Translations under genes and position numbers: made by a program
Assembly (NCBI RefSeq): GCF_001194135.2
Contig: NC_069001.1
Coordinates: 12,269,954 to 12,305,866 of the forward strand
Length of the DNA stretch: 35,913 bases
Source: Octopus bimaculoides
Lineage: Eukaryota
Direction: 5' to 3'
Shown here: positions 1-12,620 of the stretch, in pieces
How the letters are laid out: every line of letters begins with the position of its first letter
How positions within the stretch are numbered: position 1 is the stretch's first letter
Notes under the pieces: generated by a model
What the model was told of the DNA's origin: nothing
Databases searched by the model: none
The model's input: the letters and a program-made list of their open reading frames with translations, nothing else

Positions 1-304
1 GGCTGAGCACTCCACAGACACGTGTACCCTTAACGTTGTTCTCGGGTGGGGGGGATATTCAGCGTGACACAGTGTGACAAGGCTGGCCCTTTGAAATACA
101 GGTACAACAGAAACAAGAAGAGAGAGTGAGAGAAAGTTGTGGTGGAAGAGTAGCGCAGGGTTCGCCACCATCCCCTGCCGGGGTCTCATGGAGCTTTAGG
201 TGTTTTCGCTCAATAAACATTCACAACGCCCGGTCTGGGAATCGAAATCGCGATCCTATGACCGCGAGTCCGCTGCCCTAACCACTGGGCCATTGCGCCT
301 CCAC
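1..304 (-). mobile_element. tRNA-headed SINE, type B head plus tail X (runs off window start)
   Basis: The minus strand starts GTGGAGGCGCAATGGCCCAGTGGTTAGGGCAGCGG (A-box-like) with a B-box-like ATTTCGATTCCC. About 108-304 aligns with 22635-22834, and 1-105 aligns with 21380-21470. Confidence 0.85.
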
Positions 305-625
305 GGTACCGATTTATCTTATGGTTAAATAAGCTATATTATATTATAATTTTCTTTGATTTTTTTTTATTAATTTAATTTCTGCTCCATGTAATAAAGC
401 GAGTACCTTATAATCTTTTACTTGTTTGATTCATTAGAGTGCGGCCACGATATGGCTCGTCCTGTGAGTAATTTAGTTGAAGGAATCGAAACTACTCCTC
501 GTCTATCAAGCCTGGTACTTATTCGATCGTTCTCTAAACAACAGATGATAATCTTTTGTGTTGGACAAGCAAGTAACCATATACCTAAAATCAAACACAC
601 ACCAACACAAATATACACACATACA

Positions 626-776
626 ACTGGCTTCTTTCAGCTTCTGTCTACCAAATTCACTCACAATGCCTTATTCGGCCTAAGGCTATAGTAAAATACA
701 CTTGCATAAAGTACCAAGCATTAGGACTGAACCCGAAACCATGTGGTTAGAAAACAAACTTCATAGCACTCAGCAA
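626..776 (-). mobile_element. SINE type A, 5' half (degenerate)
   Basis: The reverse complement aligns with the 5' half of the full copies at 5989-6146 and 31791-31951. Confidence 0.75.
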
Positions 777-1298
777 CGATTGCAATTCTTCAATATTTAA
801 ATTTATACTAGGAAAAACATTGAGTTCAATAGTTTCGTCGTTCTCTAATCGACTCATCGAATATCCTTGTTGATTCCATTTACATATCGACGCATAAAAT
901 TATCTGCTCAATGTTAAACACACCAGACAAAGCGCATTCACTACCAAGTGTACACTTTCTAAGGCCACGTTAGTTCAGGCTTATAATTAATTCTTCCAAT
1001 TTTCTTACAATTCGTAATTAATATCGATATTATCCGCTAGCATTTCAATCTCGATTATTAGAGAAAACCTACGTATTCAACGAGCAATTGCCTTTTATTA
1101 TTATGGCGTTCAAGCATAATGAAGGAATCCTATATTTGCTGTCTGTAAATGTTTCATGTTAATCTTGGAATAAATTTGACTTGTTGCCAAAACTTTACTC
1201 TTATTCTTCGGTAATATATTATCGATCAATATCTTATTGTTTCCATGAACTCATCTTACATAACACCATCCAAAATAATTTATGAAATGGGACTATTT

Positions 1299-1351
1299 TA
1301 TATATATATATATATATATACATACATATTGTATGTACACATATTTATGTG

Positions 1352-1387
<36 letters not shown>

Positions 1388-1445
1388 CATATTGTATGTA
1401 TGTCTATATATATTTAAGAATATTTGTACACATATTTATGTGGAG

Positions 1446-1470
<25 letters not shown>
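1299..1470. repeat. (TA)n microsatellite with local duplication of catacatattgtatgt...acacatatttatgtggagatata
   Basis: Direct inspection; the motif occurs at ~1321-1359 and ~1383-1450. Confidence 0.85.
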
Positions 1471-1478
<8 letters not shown>

Positions 1479-1499
1479 AATGTATATATACATGTAGAT

Positions 1500-1760
1500 A
1501 CAAAAAAAGAAAAAGAGAGAGGTGGTAGAGAATGACAGGGTGAATGAGACTAGATAGATAAATTGAAAAATAGGTTAGATATATGCATAGATAAAGAGAC
1601 AGACAGACAGATAGATAGATAGAAAGAAGTATATATATATATATAGAAAGAGAGTGATAGACAGACAGACAGATTTGAAGACAAAAATAGATATAGAAAC
1701 AGACAGACAGATTCATAGTGAGAGAGGGAGAGAGAGAGTGAAAGAGAGAAAAGAGCAATT
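1500..1760. repeat. GA/GATA/GACA compound microsatellite
   Basis: Runs of gata, gaca and ga. Confidence 0.85.
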
Positions 1761-2306
1761 CATATGAGTACAACAGAGATAAATCAAAGTAATGTATTCT
1801 TTACAAAATATGGAAGTCTTATTTATCGTAGTTTCCATTTACATATTTATTGATATCTGGCGTTCATGTAAGCAACTTCATTGCATTCATATATATTATT
1901 AACTAGCAGAGACAACCGGCGTGGCTCGGGATTAAAATAGTATAGTTTATATATATATATATTTTACAGTTATGTTGAAACAGGTGAATCGGGAAAGTGC
2001 AGCAATGACGACAAAATATTTGTGGAGTAAATGATGGTCTAATTCGACTAATCGACATGTAATACATATATATTAGAGGGTTCGAAGTGCTAACCTATCA
2101 TGGAAAATTGGGGGTGAAGGTATGTAATTTTCTGACCGACCGAAAAGCTCAGTGGAATACTCTCCTTTGAGGCGGTCAGCGCTACGACTAACACGTTGTA
2201 TGGTTGACGGTCAAATTAATGGAGGTGTAATGGAGATATTCTAGGTAAATGGGTACATTCTAGAAATGGGTTGTAATGGGAGACGGTAAGGAGCTGGTAG
2301 TGCTTG

Positions 2307-2753
2307 CAATCTTACCTTACCGCCCGAGCAGCACATGCCATTTGTTTCATTTGGAAATTTGAAAGCTTTGCAGAAACGACAATTTGAGTGTAGCACACCA
2401 TTTTGTACAGAATTATAGGAATAGAATGGGTCATATCTGAAAGCAGCTCCTGGTGTTGCGAAGAGCGAATTTGCATGTTATCTATTTCTGAGAGATTATT
2501 GTATTGGACCTCTGTCTAATCTGGCGTGTTAAACGTTCTAATGATTCAGCATTAAGTATTACAGCATGCCTTAGCTAATATTGGAAAAATCGCATCTCCC
2601 TTCTCTCGTGAAACTGACGTGCTGCGGAATGCATCTGCTGATTTTGAAAAAGACTCGTCTCTTTTCTCTGTCGAGACACTCGCCTTTGTTTTCTGTTATC
2701 GTCCTCGCTTTATACGTGTTTCTGGAAGGATTACGTCTTTTCTTTGGTGGCAT
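2307..2753 (-). pseudogene. Helitron Rep/helicase N-terminal remnant with zinc-finger-like motif
   Basis: 2447-2307 translates AAFRYDPFYSYNSVQNGVLHSNCRFCKAFKFPNETNGMCCSGGKVRL, matching the recalled Helitron motif AFxYDP...CxxCxAxKFxxExxGMCCxxGKVxL. The upstream ORF 2753-2571 starts MPPKKRR. Stops and frameshifts separate the pieces. Confidence 0.85.
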
Positions 2754-2835
2754 ATTTTTTCAATATTGTAAACAAAAAATTATGAACGTAGAAAAAATAT
2801 ACATTAATCTCTATTTTTGTAAGCAATTGTAAATA

Positions 2836-3720
2836 TATATTATGTCCGTATTTTTGTATGCTGTGTAAATTTATGAAATATAAGCAAATGAACGAAATAG
2901 CACATGTATGGAACTGCTAATTTAACGGTAAACGCTACAATAATTATTACAGAGAGACAAAGAATTTTATGTCTTACCTTGCAACTTTTGCGATAATTAT
3001 CATCTGGTAATATATCCGTAAATATGTATTGTTTTAAAGTAAATGAATATAAAATTTTGTATTGACACTGGCCAACTCACACCTCACGCATGTCAGTCGT
3101 CCACAAAGTATATAAAACAAGCAACACACAACGAGAAGAAAGAGACAAAAATAAAATAACACGTGTTTTTGTTTTTTTTGTTTTTTTTTTTGTAAAAACG
3201 TTCAATGACGGTTAACTGGAGTGTGGGGTTCGAGTAGATGTCATTCCACTTTTTGATTTATCATTACCATTCTTTTCGTTCGATTTTATTTTTCGTCCAC
3301 TTTCGTGTTTTTTTCTGTCCTTGTGTTGTTCCCCCTGTGTTTCGACTCTGTGTGGTTAATAAAAAAAATTAAGTCGTCATGTATGTATATGTATGTGTAG
3401 ATATGTATGTATGTGTGTGTTTAATAACGTACCGTATATAGTATGTCTGTACTTTTGTATGCAGTATAAATTAAGGAAATAAAAGCACTTGTACAGAGAG
3501 ACAAAGAATTTTATATTTTACCTGCCAACCTTGCAACTACTGCGATAATTATTAATCGGTAATGGAACAGTAAATCTGTATTGTTTTAAAGGAAATGAAA
3601 ATAAAATTTCGTATTGACACTTCATGCATATCAGTCGTCAGGTATGTATGCAGAGATCTGTGAGTATTTAATAACGTACCGTGATAATATGTCTGTATTT
3701 TCGTATGCAGTGTAAATTAA
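2836..3720. repeat. Degenerate internal direct repeats in the Helitron
   Basis: Block tatgtc.gtatttt.gtatgc.gtgtaaatt at ~2841, ~3443 and ~3690. Block acagagagacaaagaatttta...gtattgacact at ~2949-3070 and ~3493-3620. Confidence 0.85.
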
Positions 3721-4021
3721 TCCCTACAAATTATCGAAATGTGATTGTTTCAGTTTTGATACTGAAATAGTGGAAAAGTTTCATTCTTGAAGTGAAAGTA
3801 TTTGACATGAGTGTTTTTGTTTCACTTTTGACATGTAGTACTTAAATAGTGGAGGAGATATGTTGCTGTGGGCTCGAACTATGCAAGAAGTTAAATTTGT
3901 TTTTTTAATAAAACACAAACGGGACCCTAAGTAAGGCATGTGTAAAATTTGAATGAAATTGGTTGTGTAGTTCTGGAGTTTTCGGGATTCAGACAGACAC
4001 ACAGACACACATTCTCATGTG

Positions 4022-4111
<90 letters not shown>

Positions 4112-4760
4112 CGTGATAGCAATTCTCTTTTTATGTAAACGCGTACTTTGATTCATCTCGAACGACGAGGAACTTTGTAATCGCTGAACCAACGAGAATA
4201 CAATGAAGAAACAAAAGTTGATCTCCACTCAAGCTTCAGCAGGACTTTCAATTACTTCAACAATTCGGTAAAGTTAACTAAATGCAGAACTAAACAAGCA
4301 AAGATTATTGCTGAAGAACCAATAAAATATCTGCTTTGGGTTACAAAGCCATGACATATATACTGCTGCGAGATGAATGTGATAGTTTTGTTGGACTTAT
4401 AAGGTCACGAAAAGGATCTCCTAAAATATAACAGTGTGTACACACCATGGGATGTAGTTGTATTTAATTGTGCTGTGTATAATTGTATATATGTAGTTGT
4501 ATATAATTGCATATAGTTGTGATAATTTAAGTAGGATGAAAGGATAAAGCGAAGATATCATTGTAATGGTAATATGCTGGATGAACTGAATATCTGACAG
4601 AGACAATATTTAAACACACACACAAACAGACAAACACACACACAAACACACATGCATGCACACGCACGCACATATATATATATACACATATGCATATATA
4701 GAATGTTTGGGCTAAATTTGACGCTTTTTATGTCGTATTTAACGAACAGCTTGGTGTATA

Positions 4761-5117
4761 ATGGAACTGTCAAAAGCGTTGGTGAGCGTAAATATTGAAA
4801 CTGTAATTGAGAAAATGTTAACTGACATGAAGAACTGGAAGCCATGTGGATACTGGAAAAAAAATACCTGTATCATGGTTCATTCTGGGTTTCAGAATGC
4901 TGGCATCACGATTGCTGCACAATACAGTATGAACACTGTAAAGCTGAAAGATGTAACATTGGCAGCTGCAGCGGAGACTACGAAGCCGTTGTCAGCAGCA
5001 AAGAACACCACAGGCTTTCTGACTGTGCTTGCAGAATCTTTGAACAGGGCCTTAGTCTCTCAGTTCATAGAGCCACGTCAACATTCTGAAAATAGCGGTC
5101 AATCTTTGCCAGGCTAG
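4761..5117 (+). other. Unassigned 118-codon non-repetitive ORF
   Basis: Open frame of mixed composition with an overlapping 81-codon frame. No motif recognised. Confidence 0.25.
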
Positions 5118-5345
5118 TTTTGCTGTTTGTAGGCTAGTTGTGTGGTAGTGAGTTTCAATTCGTTGCCATACCTCAGAAATGTATCAAACGTGGTTGTCGG
5201 ATAAATGATTTCTACGACATCACCAGCCCCAATTTTAGGCTTCCTAATTACACCTATTGAATCTCGTGGACTGTGGTTGAGAAAGACACAAAGAAAAATA
5301 TTTATGTATATATATATATATATATATATATACATACATACGTAA

Positions 5346-5376
<31 letters not shown>

Positions 5377-5988
5377 TACAGACACTCACACAACTCACGC
5401 ACACATATGTTGTATAAATATATATTGAAAAGCAAATATAAAGAACAAAAAGCTAACAAATAACAAGTGACTTTCACCGTCTAGTAGTTTCACGTTGAAA
5501 GGAGACTGAAAACTAATAGTCCTTCCTCTAATATATCAGAAAAGTCCAGTGGGAAATGGGGAGAGAATTTAGATGAGAAAAATAAAACAGTTAGATAAAA
5601 AGACTCATGTAGGATCTTTTCGAATGCCCACATCAAGCACCATGTCCTTAGGTGAACCTAGGAATATCCAGTCGGTCATTCGATCTGTCAAATATAACAG
5701 TCGAATCTCCTGCAAATCGCACTCTGTTTTCCCTGGATATCCTAGTCCCTTTTATACGAATATGATGTTCTAATCAAGGCTGTGGACTTTTTGATTCTAC
5801 TTTTGTCGTATCTTATAAGACTTGGTGTTAAATAAAATCAAAAACAGCAATGATTACCTCGTCTTTAACACCAGTAGCATCGGTAACAACAGGAGGAACG
5901 AAAGCAATAGCAAGGGCGTTAATAACAACAACACAAACGATCACAACAGCAAAAATGAATATAAATACTGATTAAATAATAAATAATG

Positions 5989-6144
5989 CAGGAGTGGCTG
6001 TGTGGTAAGTAGGTTGCTTACCAACCATATGGTTCCGGGTTCATTCCCACTGCGTGGCACCTTGGGTAAGTGTGGTCTACTATAGCCTCGGGCCGACCAA
6101 AGCCTTGTCAGTGGATTTGGTAGACGGAGACTAAAAGAAGCCCG

Positions 6145-6183
<39 letters not shown>

Positions 6184-6398
6184 TGTGTCTGCGTATGTCT
6201 CCCCCGCAACAACGCTTGACAACCGATGGTAGTGTGTTTACGTCCCCGTTACTTAGCGATTCTGCAAAAGAGACCGATGGAATAAGTACTAGGCTTCCAA
6301 AGAATAAGTCCTCGGGTCGATTTGCTCGACTAAAGGCGGTACTCCAGCATGACCACAGTCCACTGACTGAAACAAGTAAAAGTAAAAGAGTAAAAGAG
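5989..6398 (+). mobile_element. SINE type A, full length (tRNA-like head, CCTTGGG.AAGT CORE-like segment, internal (TA)n, 3' module, AAAAG tail)
   Basis: A-box-like GGCTGTGTGG and B-box-like GGTTCATTCCC. Aligns along its length with 31791-32205 and 8434-8789. Confidence 0.9.
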
Positions 6399-6419
6399 AA
6401 TTAATAAATAATTAAAAAA

Positions 6420-7560
6420 TGAATAAATAATAGCAACAGCAACAATAACTAAATGAGCAGCAACCAATTTGAGAACATCTACAAAAATAACATAAACTAC
6501 AACAATAGCAGCATCGTAGCTGTACCAGCAATATCACCACCACCGACAATCACAATAACACTAGAACAAGCTCACCAACACCAAATATATGAGTAGCACT
6601 ATGACTTGTACTACTAATATCACCAACCACTGAAGTAGTATTTAATTCGCCAGCAGTAACACGACAAACGTGAACTACAATAGCATTACCGGTATCATCA
6701 TCAAAGGTGTACCAATGCTACCAACAACAGGTATACTAGCTGTACCACTACCACTAACAAGACCGACAATAGCAATACCAGCACCAGCACTGCCAGTACC
6801 ATCAACACCACCACCACTGTCACCACTGCTCCATCACAACTTTCACCACCACCACCACCACCACTACCACTACACCAACACCCCTACCGCCACTGCCAGG
6901 TACATCACCACCACTGCCAGCTACACCACCACCACCACCACCTGCACTAGCACTTTCAGTACTACCACCACCAGCACTGTCACCACTACCACTACCACCA
7001 GCACTGCCATCACTACCACCACCACCACAATCACAAAAACCACCACCGCCGCCACTGCCACCAGTACCACCACCACCAACCAACCACAAGAGCAGTACCC
7101 ACACGAGGACCAGGAACACCAACATCCTTGTCGGCAGTACCATTCCAATACCATCACCGCCACCACCACCAATCATAACTGCAGAACTACCACCAACACT
7201 AGCTTCCCTGTCACGAACCACAAAAGCAGCACCATGAAGTACCACTGCCATCTAGAACAGCCGTAGCCATACGTCGACGTCGACGGCGATTACCACCGCC
7301 ACCGCCAACAATAAAATGCACACCAACGGTACTCCCATCTTCCTCTGCCGCCACCATCCCCATCACTAATTTTAGTAGCATTATCCCCACCACCTTCAAC
7401 ATCATCAATTGAAAGAGTACTAATGTGACTACTACTACCACTAACTACCACCACAACAACAGTAACGTCACCACCATTACCAGCACCATCAACGCCACTG
7501 CCAATCACAACAGCAGTACCATTACGACCAATAACAATAGCAATCATCACCATCAACAGC
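6420..7560. repeat. Degenerate (ACC/ACT/AAC/AGC)n trinucleotide low-complexity tract
   Basis: About 1.1 kb of imperfect trinucleotide repeats, which produce the Thr/His-rich and Val/Gly-rich ORFs. Confidence 0.9.
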
Positions 7561-8433
7561 GGCAGCGCAGCGGTTTTTATAGAAAAACGATCAATGGAAG
7601 CAAAGCGCGTGTTCATTTTGGAGAATCTATCGTATTCAGATGCTGTTGTTTATTTATTTATTTATTTTTTTAATAATATATGTAAAGGTAAAAATAGTGG
7701 AAGGAGAATAAGGTTCGGAGGAAGAGGAAGAGGTGAAAATAAAAGATTGTTTAATGAAATTTCTTTAAATGAGAAAAATTTTTTCTCATTCGCTGCTCTC
7801 ATATAAGAAGGGAACTATCGATTCTAACCGAAGAACCATTTATTCAATATGATTATTATGTTAAAACTTAAAACGCTATCACATTCTTTAATGTACTTAA
7901 TTAAAAATCTGTCCAGCTAGTCTGCTTCGCTATATTGAGAAATTAATTTCACAGTAATGATTAAAAACTACATTATGGCATAAGGAACATCAAAATTCAT
8001 TCTGTCCTTTATGTGCTTGGGTTTTCGTGCGTATATTATCACGTGTATTTTTGTTTTGTTTCTTTTCATTGCTTATTTTCTTTGTTTTTATGTTTATGTA
8101 GATTTATCATCGATTCATCGATTATTATTTTTCCAATATTCAAGTAGTCCCTCGAGTAGGTTGTGTCATTAGGGCGCTTGGTTACTGTGCGAAGGGTCAT
8201 CGATTTTTATGTATATCGTTAACCGTTGCTCATCTGGTTTTCTGAATGGAAACTACGCAATTATCGCTGCTGTCATTAACATTGCAGACACGCGTAGCCA
8301 TGTTTGCTTAGTGGGACATCAGTGATTGCATGTAATTTCATACAAAATATGCAGAATAAACAATAATGACTTCCAGTTGGATTCTACGGTGCGACGGGAG
8401 GAGTTGAGCTTAAGACAGAAACAGAACGAACCT

Positions 8434-8789
8434 GGTGTAGCTATGTGGGAAGAGGCTTGCTTACCAACCACATCGTTCCGGGTTCAGTCCCACTGCGTGG
8501 CACCTTAAGCAATGGTCTTCTACTATATCCTCTAGCCGCCCAAAGCCTTGCGTGTGCGTGTGTGTCTCTATGTCTGTGTGTCTTTGTGACTGTGTTTGTC
8601 TCCCCAGCACCGCTTCACAACGGGTGTCGGTGTGTTTATGTCCCCATAACTTACCAGCTCGGCCAAAGATATCGAATATGTACTAGACTTTAAAAAAATT
8701 TACTGGGCCGATTCATTCGATTAAAATTCTTCAAGGCGGTGCCCCAGCATGGTCACAGTCGAATGATTAAAACAAGTAAAAGATAAAAG
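8434..8789 (+). mobile_element. SINE type A, near full length, diverged
   Basis: GGTTCAGTCCCACTGCGTGGCACC head, internal (GT)n, and GGCGGTGCCCCAGCATGG...AAACAAGTAAAAGATAAAAG tail. Confidence 0.85.
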
Positions 8790-9194
8790 GCAAGGTAGGG
8801 TATTTTGCACTTGCTTTGATTTGAACATCATTCAGTTTTGATGCCATGATCGGGGAGTTCAAGTGTGCCGAGTGCTGCGAAATTAACTCGTAACCTCCAT
8901 TGTTACCAGGTCTATTATGGCACGGAATAGTAGTAACTGACAAAGGATCCAGCAATGGGTTAATTTGCATGTCACAGAATTGCCTACGTAAGAAGGTCAC
9001 TCACTGACATCGCATTTGGCCTAAGGTAGATGCAGTATATTTAATGATTCATTCCAGAGAATATAACTCCATACAAATTCCACAGTAAAATTGGTAATTG
9101 CTTACATATTACTATATTTGCTACACACACAAACATATACACATGCATAAAACACACACACACACACACACACAAACACACATATATATATATA

Positions 9195-9390
9195 TGGCAT
9201 TTTAAGAACCACAAAAATCAGAGCTTAACGGCAGCTCTTAGTGCTCCAAATCGGATATGCAATCTATGTGGGTGTCTTTTTAAAACATTGCCTGGTTTAA
9301 AAATCCACATCAGATGGCATGATGGTACTAAGGTGTATGTACAGGAGATAGTCAAATTCTGCATAAGGAGTAGACAACCACCATATATAT
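9195..9390 (+). pseudogene. Isolated C2H2 zinc-finger coding fragment, probably the 3' end of a non-LTR retrotransposon
   Basis: 9258-9320 encodes CNLCGCLFKTLPGLKIHIRWH (C-x2-C-x12-H-x3-H), preceded in frame by HFKNH. There is no ATG, and (TA)n flanks both sides. The LINE origin is inferred. Confidence 0.6.
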
Positions 9391-9959
9391 ATTCGGCATA
9401 TTCGCAGACGTGTGTGTGGTTTATACATTGTCTCTGTATTCTATAGTCCAGCAGATTCCATTTCGTTTCGGTAGTGACCTGAGTATGCGACATTGATAAA
9501 CGGTACTTACGGCGAAAACGTACCTATAGCATTCGCGGTCAATTCTGCGACGAATTCATTTCACCTACCTCTGAAGTATATTGCACTTTTCTTTAGCTGA
9601 ATAGCTCTATAAAGGGATTTTTCGCTGACGAAAACCGCAGCTTTTGGGTTTTCTACAACACACGAACGCTATATTGGGAAAGTTTTTAATATAGAGTTTC
9701 TACTCCTGCATAATTCGAGTTTTAGTTAATAAAAATATGTAGGTGTTTTGTCCATGTTTAGAAACCTGTATTCGTAATTTACACCCTGACTTCAGTTCCT
9801 ACGCTCCTGTTTTATGGCCATATAGCGTCGGATATATCAAAGGATTATCAGGAGAGAATTAGGGTTGAGCTCAATAAATATTTATCTTGGTTTCCTTTAT
9901 TACATGAAAAACTGAACAGATATAATTGAATTCACGCCATTTCTCTATAATATTGATAT

Positions 9960-10022
9960 TTTAGAGAGAGAGGGGGTGACAGATTGACAGAGGGAAACGG
10001 AGGGGAGGAGAGAGAGAAGGTG

Positions 10023-10096
<74 letters not shown>

Positions 10097-10800
10097 ACAA
10101 AGGACAGATTATGAATGAGAAACAATCCCGAGAGAATATTCGAAGATACATAACTGTATTACAATATGTGTCTAGATTAACGCATTGGATATTAAATTAA
10201 GAGAAATAGGAGTGGAATACAAGCGAAGACAAGCGAGGGAGAGCAAGTGGCGGAGAGGGATGTGGCGAGAAAAGGGGTGGGTGGGAAGGAGAGAGATCAG
10301 TTTGTGAGAATAGAAAGAGGATTAGTGAAATATATTATACTGAATGAAAATCCTGAGATAAAGTAAGACGGAGGGGGAGAGTAAGAGAGAGAGAGGGAAC
10401 AAGAGGGAGGATAGAGGGAAAGTTGATTGATGGAGAGGGAAAAGGGGGAGAGAGAGGAAGTTAATAAAGGGGAGAACAGATAAAGGGAGGAGGAGAGAGG
10501 GGGACTAGAGAGAAACGTAGAGAACCGAAAGGAGAAAGAGGGGGAGGAGAGAGGTGATGGAGGGAGAGAGAGAGAGACAATGTGGAAGAGGAAGTAGAGA
10601 GACGTAGAGAATTGTAGAGAGAGAAAGGAGAAAGAGAGAAGGAGGGGGTGAGGGAGAGAGAGACAATGTGGAAGAGGAAGTAGAGAGACGTAGAGAATTG
10701 TAGAGAGAGAAAGGAGAAAGAGAGAAGGAGGGCGTGAGGGAGAGAGAGACAATGTGGAAGAGGAGGTAGAGAGAAGTAAGAGGAAGGCTGAGGAGAGAAA
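9960..10800. repeat. Polypurine GA-rich tract including a ~86-90 bp minisatellite (10561-10780)
   Basis: Unit agggagagagagacaatgtggaagaggaagtagagagacgtagagaattgtagag...ggcgtg occurs ~2.5 times. Confidence 0.9.
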
Positions 10801-11844
10801 TGCTATGGATCTTGTGACAGCTCTCAAAAAACGAAACTATGTTAGATATGGATATATGAGCGCATGCGCACGTGTGGGCGTGAGATAAAGAGGTTCAATT
10901 TGTAGTCGAATGATTCAAGTCTCGATCCCACTGCGTTGCGTGCCTGGTGTATACCGAATCGGGTTACATCCCATGACGATCAGTTTGACTTCGCTTGTTT
11001 TGGAGAGGAGGAAGGGGTTAAGATATCTGGCATTGATATAGCATGTCTAGGATGCCTTACAATGGATGCACCATTATTGCCAGATCCATTGAGTGAAACT
11101 CCTTAAAATAATTCAGTCATTGTGATGCGGCCCTATTGGGACAACACTCAAAGTTATGTGAAATGTAAATTTAGAACCAATAGGGTTTTGAACTCACATT
11201 AAATATGGACGTTACTAGCAGGACATTATTTCGTCATTCCACTGTAATATAAAGTGGAATGACGAAGGAATGACAAAAATAAAACATATCATTCTCAGAA
11301 ATGAGAGGTTGACCTGAATGTGAGTATTAAAATAAACATGTAAGAAAACGATGAAAATGATAGGGACAGGTAAACACGATGGGTGGGGAGGGGGAATAAT
11401 ATAAAGACGTGACGACGGTTATGATATCACAACATCTTTAGTTATACTTTTCCTTATCACACTTCCTCATACTCCCACTCTCTATCTATATGTTTGATTT
11501 TCAAGTGTATCTTTAGCGTAAAGTGTTGTTTTGCCAAGAGAACAGAAAAAATACGAGGCCCGTCTGTATATATGTGTTTATGTATATCATTATATGTGTC
11601 TGTTTGTTTTGGGGTCAGAAGTCAAGCACCAAAACATTTTGATATTTTGTTTACATTACGTTATCATTATTCATTTCATTCATCTTGTACAAGTACGTGT
11701 GTATTCGTTCATTATATTTATTTTATTCAATTTTAGAAAAACTGAAGCATATCTTTGACAAATCTGGAGATTATTGAACTTTAGGTTGCCCGTGACTTTT
11801 CACCCAACTTGTGCACACACACACACAAACATATATACATACAT

Positions 11845-11879
<35 letters not shown>

Positions 11880-11889
11880 NNNNNNNNNN

Positions 11890-11937
<48 letters not shown>

Positions 11938-12150
11938 TATATAACTATATATATACATATATATATATATACATACACATCCAAGCACAAACACACATAC
12001 ATATGTATATGCATATATATGCATACATTGCGTTCAGTCGAACACATCGACCCCATGGCTTATTCTTTGTAACACTAGTAATTATTCTATCAGTCTCTTT
12101 TCCCAAACCTCTAGGTTACAAAGATGCAAACATACCAACATAAATGTATA

Positions 12151-12209
<59 letters not shown>

Positions 12210-12210
12210 C

Positions 12211-12368
12211 GATGCGCTTCTTCAATTTCCTTCTACCAGATCCATTCACAAGGCTCTGGGTTGCCCGAGGCTATAGTAGAAAACACTTGCCCAAGGTACC
12301 ACGCAGTGGAACTGATCTCGGAACCCATGTGGTTGAGAATCAAGCTTTTTACTACACAGCCACGCTCG
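12211..12368 (-). mobile_element. SINE type A, 5' half
   Basis: Reverse complement of the type A head through gaagaagcgc; ends at (TA)n. Confidence 0.85.
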
Positions 12369-12525
12369 CACACCCACATCCATCACACTTAGACACACAC
12401 ATATACATCAATAGTAATACGTATGTAACAGCTAAGCTGGCGACAATGTGTACATTAGGGTATATATAAATATCATAAATTATTTGTCGCATAAACTATT
12501 TGACTAACATGATCATTATACTACG

Positions 12526-12620
12526 GCCATGCTGGGGCACCACATTGAAAGGTTTAGTTGAAGAAATCGGCCACAAAATGATTTCTTTTAAAGTTTGGCA
12601 CTTATTCTGTCGCTCTCTTT
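12526..12620 (-). mobile_element. SINE type A, 3' module fragment
   Basis: The reverse complement contains gacagaataagtgcc...ggtgccccagcatggcc. Confidence 0.7.

Larger units (their letters stand above)
1903..4100 (-). mobile_element. Non-autonomous Helitron
   Basis: The minus-strand 3' end reads CCCGAGCCACGCCGG (imperfect GC hairpin, 1916-1930), then TTGTCTCTG-CTAG (1903-1906), then T. A Rep N-terminal remnant lies inside. The 5' region (TA)n-ATGAGAATGTGTGTCTGTGTGTCTGTCTG...AACTACACAACCAATTTCATTCAAATTTT resembles invertebrate Helitron 5' ends. The exact 5' TC is lost in the (TA)n run. Confidence 0.8.

Noticed and set aside
240-304. tRNA-like sequences at SINE heads (also ~5990, 22770, 30053)
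   Set aside because: They lack a complete cloverleaf and acceptor stem and continue into SINE bodies, so they are not tRNA genes.
6670-7266. 198-aa Thr/His-rich mucin-like ORF and antisense Val/Gly-rich ORFs
   Set aside because: Degenerate trinucleotide DNA is open in several frames on both strands, there is no ATG or splice context, and no domain is recognisable.
10875-11090. Degenerate SINE-like head followed by HPMTISLTSLVLER, similar to the RT motif YRPISLTS
   Set aside because: The similarity is too short and weak.
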